The position numbers and the translations under genes are program-made. Positions 60,058 through 64,000 of a stretch of DNA of 64,000 bases are shown here, piece after piece. Numbering within the stretch: position 1 is the first letter of the stretch; each line of letters begins with the position of its first letter. This DNA comes from Lenisia limosa (lineage: Eukaryota; Protista; Breviatea). The DNA lies in assembly GCA_001655205.1 (NCBI GenBank), contig LPNZ01009306.1, positions 1 to 64,000 of the forward strand. The letters are read 5' to 3'. The notes beneath the pieces are model-generated. The model worked only from the letters and a program-made list of their open reading frames with translations. It was not told where the DNA came from and did not search any database.

Positions 60058-63000
60058 TCAGAGTACCCCGGCGCGCTTCTTCAGATATGCTACAACAGCA
60101 GACGGTGGTTTACCAAGAACAGGGCGCATTCGTCTAAAAGTTGTCGGGTTGGTTCCATTCCTACCTTAGCGGATTTCCATCCACAGCAACTGCCCTCAAG
60201 TTTGGCAGCCGGCCTAGCTCATTCGGCTAAAGTGTCACGTGGAATCGGCAAACTTACAAGGTCTGTGAGATCATTGTTTTCAAGGGAGAGGGAGGTTAGC
60301 GCTACGGCAGCGTCAGCAGGTGGAATTCGGCTCAATTGATTGTTGGCAAGATTCACCTCCTGAAAATTTGATAACATAAGTCATCCTGTATCAAAAAGTC
60401 CACTATTTACAAGCAAGATAAATCTGTCAAGAAACCCCCCAAGTCCACAAACTGTGAGATTTGGTAAGTCATCAAATAAGCAGCTTGGCAGGTCTCTGAT
60501 ACGACAGAATGACAGGTCAAGATGCCTGGAAGTGTGACAAAAATGGGTAAGCATATAATGTACGACCAAGCATGTTTTATTCAGCATGACCATACAAGAG
60601 GGTTTGAATTGGACGAAGATCGGGAGGAAGCATTACGGAGTTGTTGTGGCTCAAGTTCAAATGTTTTAGGCCTACGATGTCAAATTAATAAAAGCTATGT
60701 TTGCAATACATGCTAATACAATCAGGAAATGACTTAGAAATAAGGTTACATGGTGAGAGCTCACTTGGGGTGTTATTGAGGTCATGAAGCTCAGAAATAG
60801 AGTTGAACGCAGCTGAAAGAACGGATAAGTTTGGTAAGGACGGAAGGCGGAGGGCAGAGATTCGGTTACGATCTATTGTCAAAGAAGCCAAAGAAGCCTG
60901 GCATGCATCTAAATCTTGAGGAACCTGCGGGGAGGGGAGGGGGGTCAGGAGCTTTCAATTTTGCTGCATGACACCCAAATGGAAATGACTCAAATTATGC
61001 ATCAGAGACAGAATCACTTTGAACAAAAGTCATGGTTACCCACTTCAGTCAAACTCAGGTTTGTGAGACTCAATCTTTTCAGTTGATGCGTAAAGATGTC
61101 TTTTGGCACATCTGCTGCACTAAATCCATGGTCCTGTTAAATCAATGTGTTTAATACTAATAAGTTATAAAGATATATGCTTATTATTATGAGACCAAGC
61201 CGATTTGACCACACCTTTCCATCAATGCAGACTGTATCTGAAGGACTATTACGGGTGACTTGAGTGGCCACTTCTGATCGCTGTTCTTCCATTTCTGCAC
61301 AATCAGTACTATCAATTGCAAATTACGGAAATAATGTGTTCAAGGATTTTTTTTTTGGATATTTCGTGTTACGCATTATGATTAGAAAGGCCCTCCAATA
61401 AAACTCGAATGCTGTGTTAGTTGAGACCCAAGGAAATGCCCCAATAACAGCCCCAATCAGACAAGAAGTGATAACGAATCGCATCCCACCCAGTTGGTCA
61501 ATAGGCAGCCGATTCCTGAGCGTCTTGAGAACAGTTTGCGTTTGCCCCGATTGCAAGGCTGCTCTCAGTGACTTCAATGGGTTTCCACCCTGTAAACTAA
61601 GATAAAGCAAGGATAAATAATATAAAGGTTATTCTGATCCACCTTACACAAGAGAGCACATTGATAGTCATTACTAAAAAGTAAATAGGAGAATCAAATT
61701 GCATACCAAGTCCCAGTTCTGGTGGCAAGTCTCTCAAATCATTGTCGGTCTACATCGTAAGAAACTGAAAATTTTGCGCCCTTAACAGAAAACTATCCCT
61801 AATGCCTTTCCAATCCTTCAACAAGACCTACAAGATCTAATATTTTAAGACTCTTCATTTTGCGGCACCCTTCAGGTAGGAATTTTATTCTACATTATTA
61901 ACATTTGTTTTAAATAAATAGTTTTAATAACCCGAACCCAATTACTGATTTTTTCTGAAATCAACATGTGTCAAATTGGGCAAATTGTAAAGAGAATCTA
62001 AATATTAACACAATCACAACAAGAAACTTTCTGAAAAAGGCGAAGCCAAATGATTACTTACCAGAAACACTTTTGATGTAGTTGTGCCCTGCATGAAGTT
62101 CAATAAGGCCTTTGAGTGATCCAATATCTGAGGGTCTTGTGAGGAATGTAATGCCACCTTACAACAGTACAATTCACTAAAACTAAAAACAACACAATCT
62201 ATTATTATTTCTAACCGCTTAGAGTAGTAAGAAGATTATTTCCAAGGTGAAGATCTTTCACTTTCTCCAAGCCTTCAAAACCCTAAAAAAATGTCATCCA
62301 AGAATAAATTTGAATTTGTTTGGTGGGGCTCAAATCATTTGGAAAATAATTGTGATTGAGAGAAATACACTGTTGTGTAGCAATTTATCGATGAATGAAA
62401 GTATGAGAGGTACCTTTGGGAGATTGCGGATAGAATTATGACTCAGATTGACATAAGTGAGACTTGGCATTTCCCTGAGCCCTTCTATTGCGGAAAGTTC
62501 ACAGTGACTCAGATCCTGGAGGGTAAAGAATAATACAACTTATTGGATTTGGGAGCAACATACTAAGGTAACAAGCTTCGGAAAGGGTACAGAAAAGTCA
62601 GTAATGCTGGTATGTGACAGAATAAGCTCGGTTAAATCCTTCATATGCCTAGAATGTGAATCAAAGACTTATACACTACCATAGGACTAGATTCCTCCAA
62701 TCCAATCCTCTACCCTGCAAACAATATTGAACTCCAAACGCTATTCCTCAAGGGGTTGTAACTCGCATCCAAAGTACCTACCTATTGAATAAAAGAAAGA
62801 GAGTTAATAACCATATCAAAATACAGCAAAACGAAAATAGCCCACATTTGTCTGATTCAGGTCTTCTGGTAGGTTTTTGAGCTTGTTGTGGCCTAGGTTC
62901 AATGATTTAAGGAGTGTCAGATTTGACAGTCCTAAAGGCATTTCTGTCTGAAAAGGTCACAAGAACAACAGAAACTACCAAAATACAGACAAGTCAAAAA

Positions 63001-63375
63001 AAAATGCCAAACGATAATTTAGCTCACCAAATGATTGTGATCAACCTCCACAAGCTTCAAATCCAAAAGGTTGTCAAAAAGATTCGACGGCAGGTTTTGG
63101 AGACTGTTACGTCCCAACTTGAGAGCAACAACATCGCTGCAGCCCCACCTACAATGGTGAGTTTTTATTCGATGAATTTCTTTCATAAACCGTTCCAAGC
63201 TATCCCCACCATTGACCGCCAAAGTCTTCATTAACAATATTAGCAACCTCTTTCGGAACAGTGGTTAATTCGAACCCGGTCAGGTCAACAATGCCTAAAC
63301 CGTTACCACACCACCAATTGTACACTTACCTGTGTCCTTAGAACGCTGCAACCTCTTTTCAAGACGCTGGTCCAT
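60058..63375 (-). CDS. LRRC40: Leucine-rich repeat protein LRRC40-like
   Basis: KRLQRSKDTGIVDLTGFELTTVPKEV...GGQW; LRRs; internal GGNPLKSLRAALQSGQTQTVLKTLRNRL; terminal DLPNELGRLPNLRAVAVDGNPLRRMRPVLGKPPSAVVAYLKKRAGVL*. Confidence 0.82.
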
Positions 63376-64000
63376 TTCGAGGTTAAACAATTAGGGGAAA
63401 CTTGGTAGAGGAATGTTTTTAGGCCTTTAGGCCTAGAACCCCACAATAAATGAAAAATGACCTTGTGAAGACTAGGATTCATACCTTTTACCACTGCTTT
63501 CAAAATAGGCAAATCTTGAGTTTTATGTCGTGTCTAGGGGGTATATAAACTTGTTGTTGATTATGTTTAAAACCCTAGGTCGTGTCAAATGTGGAGATTC
63601 TTTGTCTTTGTCTATCGATGAAAATCACTTGGTAGGTACTTATCTGGTAATATCTGGGTAATATGCGAATTATGGTAATATATTGTTTTATTATAATATT
63701 AATATATTAATTGAATAATATAAGATAATAAGAGAGATAGGACGATAGGAAAGGGAAGAGAAAGGGAGAGGAGAAGGCTCGGAGGGGAGTGGATTTTGTC
63801 TGTTTGTTCTCTGTTTCTCCGTTTGTCTCCTACCCAATCCTACCGTCTAATTGTTTAGTAGTGACACCAGATTTGTGATTGGATTGTAGTTTCAAGAGCT
63901 CACTACCATCTCTTTGCCTTTTTACGGTGGCGGAGCACTACAGCGTGTCTTTCCACCAAGGTGTTTCGTCCAAGGTGTCTTTGAGCGTGTTTTAATTATT

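Noticed and set aside
1-64000. tRNA, rRNA, U12-type (AT-AC or GTATCCTT) introns
   Set aside because: None recognised by eye; tRNAscan-SE, Infernal and intronIC were not run, so short or divergent RNAs could be missed.

Overview
Gene-dense eukaryotic (protist-like) genomic window using the standard code (TAA, TAG and TGA all end host genes) with many very short GT-AG introns (27-60 nt are common), so the six-frame ORF track mostly shows exon fragments or antisense shadows. All gene models below were spliced by hand and are not transcript-confirmed. About 20 spliced genes are supported: RabGGTase beta (3' part), two EF-hand proteins, a divergent cyclin, ZNF598/Hel2, a NIPA Mg transporter, a Vps39/TGFBRAP1 CNH protein, RRP7, B9D1, a Gly-rich SMP-like microprotein, PTB/hnRNP L, an SPX-EXS (XPR1/SYG1) protein that appears to be fused to a FYVE domain, a secreted Cys-rich repeat protein, a Pro/Ser-rich possibly STIL-like protein, HTATIP2, an exomer ChAP, an NCBP2-AS2-like protein, a coiled-coil/possible PDZ protein, RPS11, Mic10 and LRRC40. 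B9D1 implies a flagellum or basal body, and Mic10 implies cristate mitochondria; the organism cannot be named from the sequence. A decayed, rearranged purine-rich non-LTR retrotransposon lies at about 10.6-13.8 kb, and a ~260-nt repeat occurs in introns of two unrelated genes. No rRNA, tRNA or CRISPR array was recognised. The strongest novelty candidate is the SPX-EXS-FYVE fusion. Several N gaps limit what can be seen.
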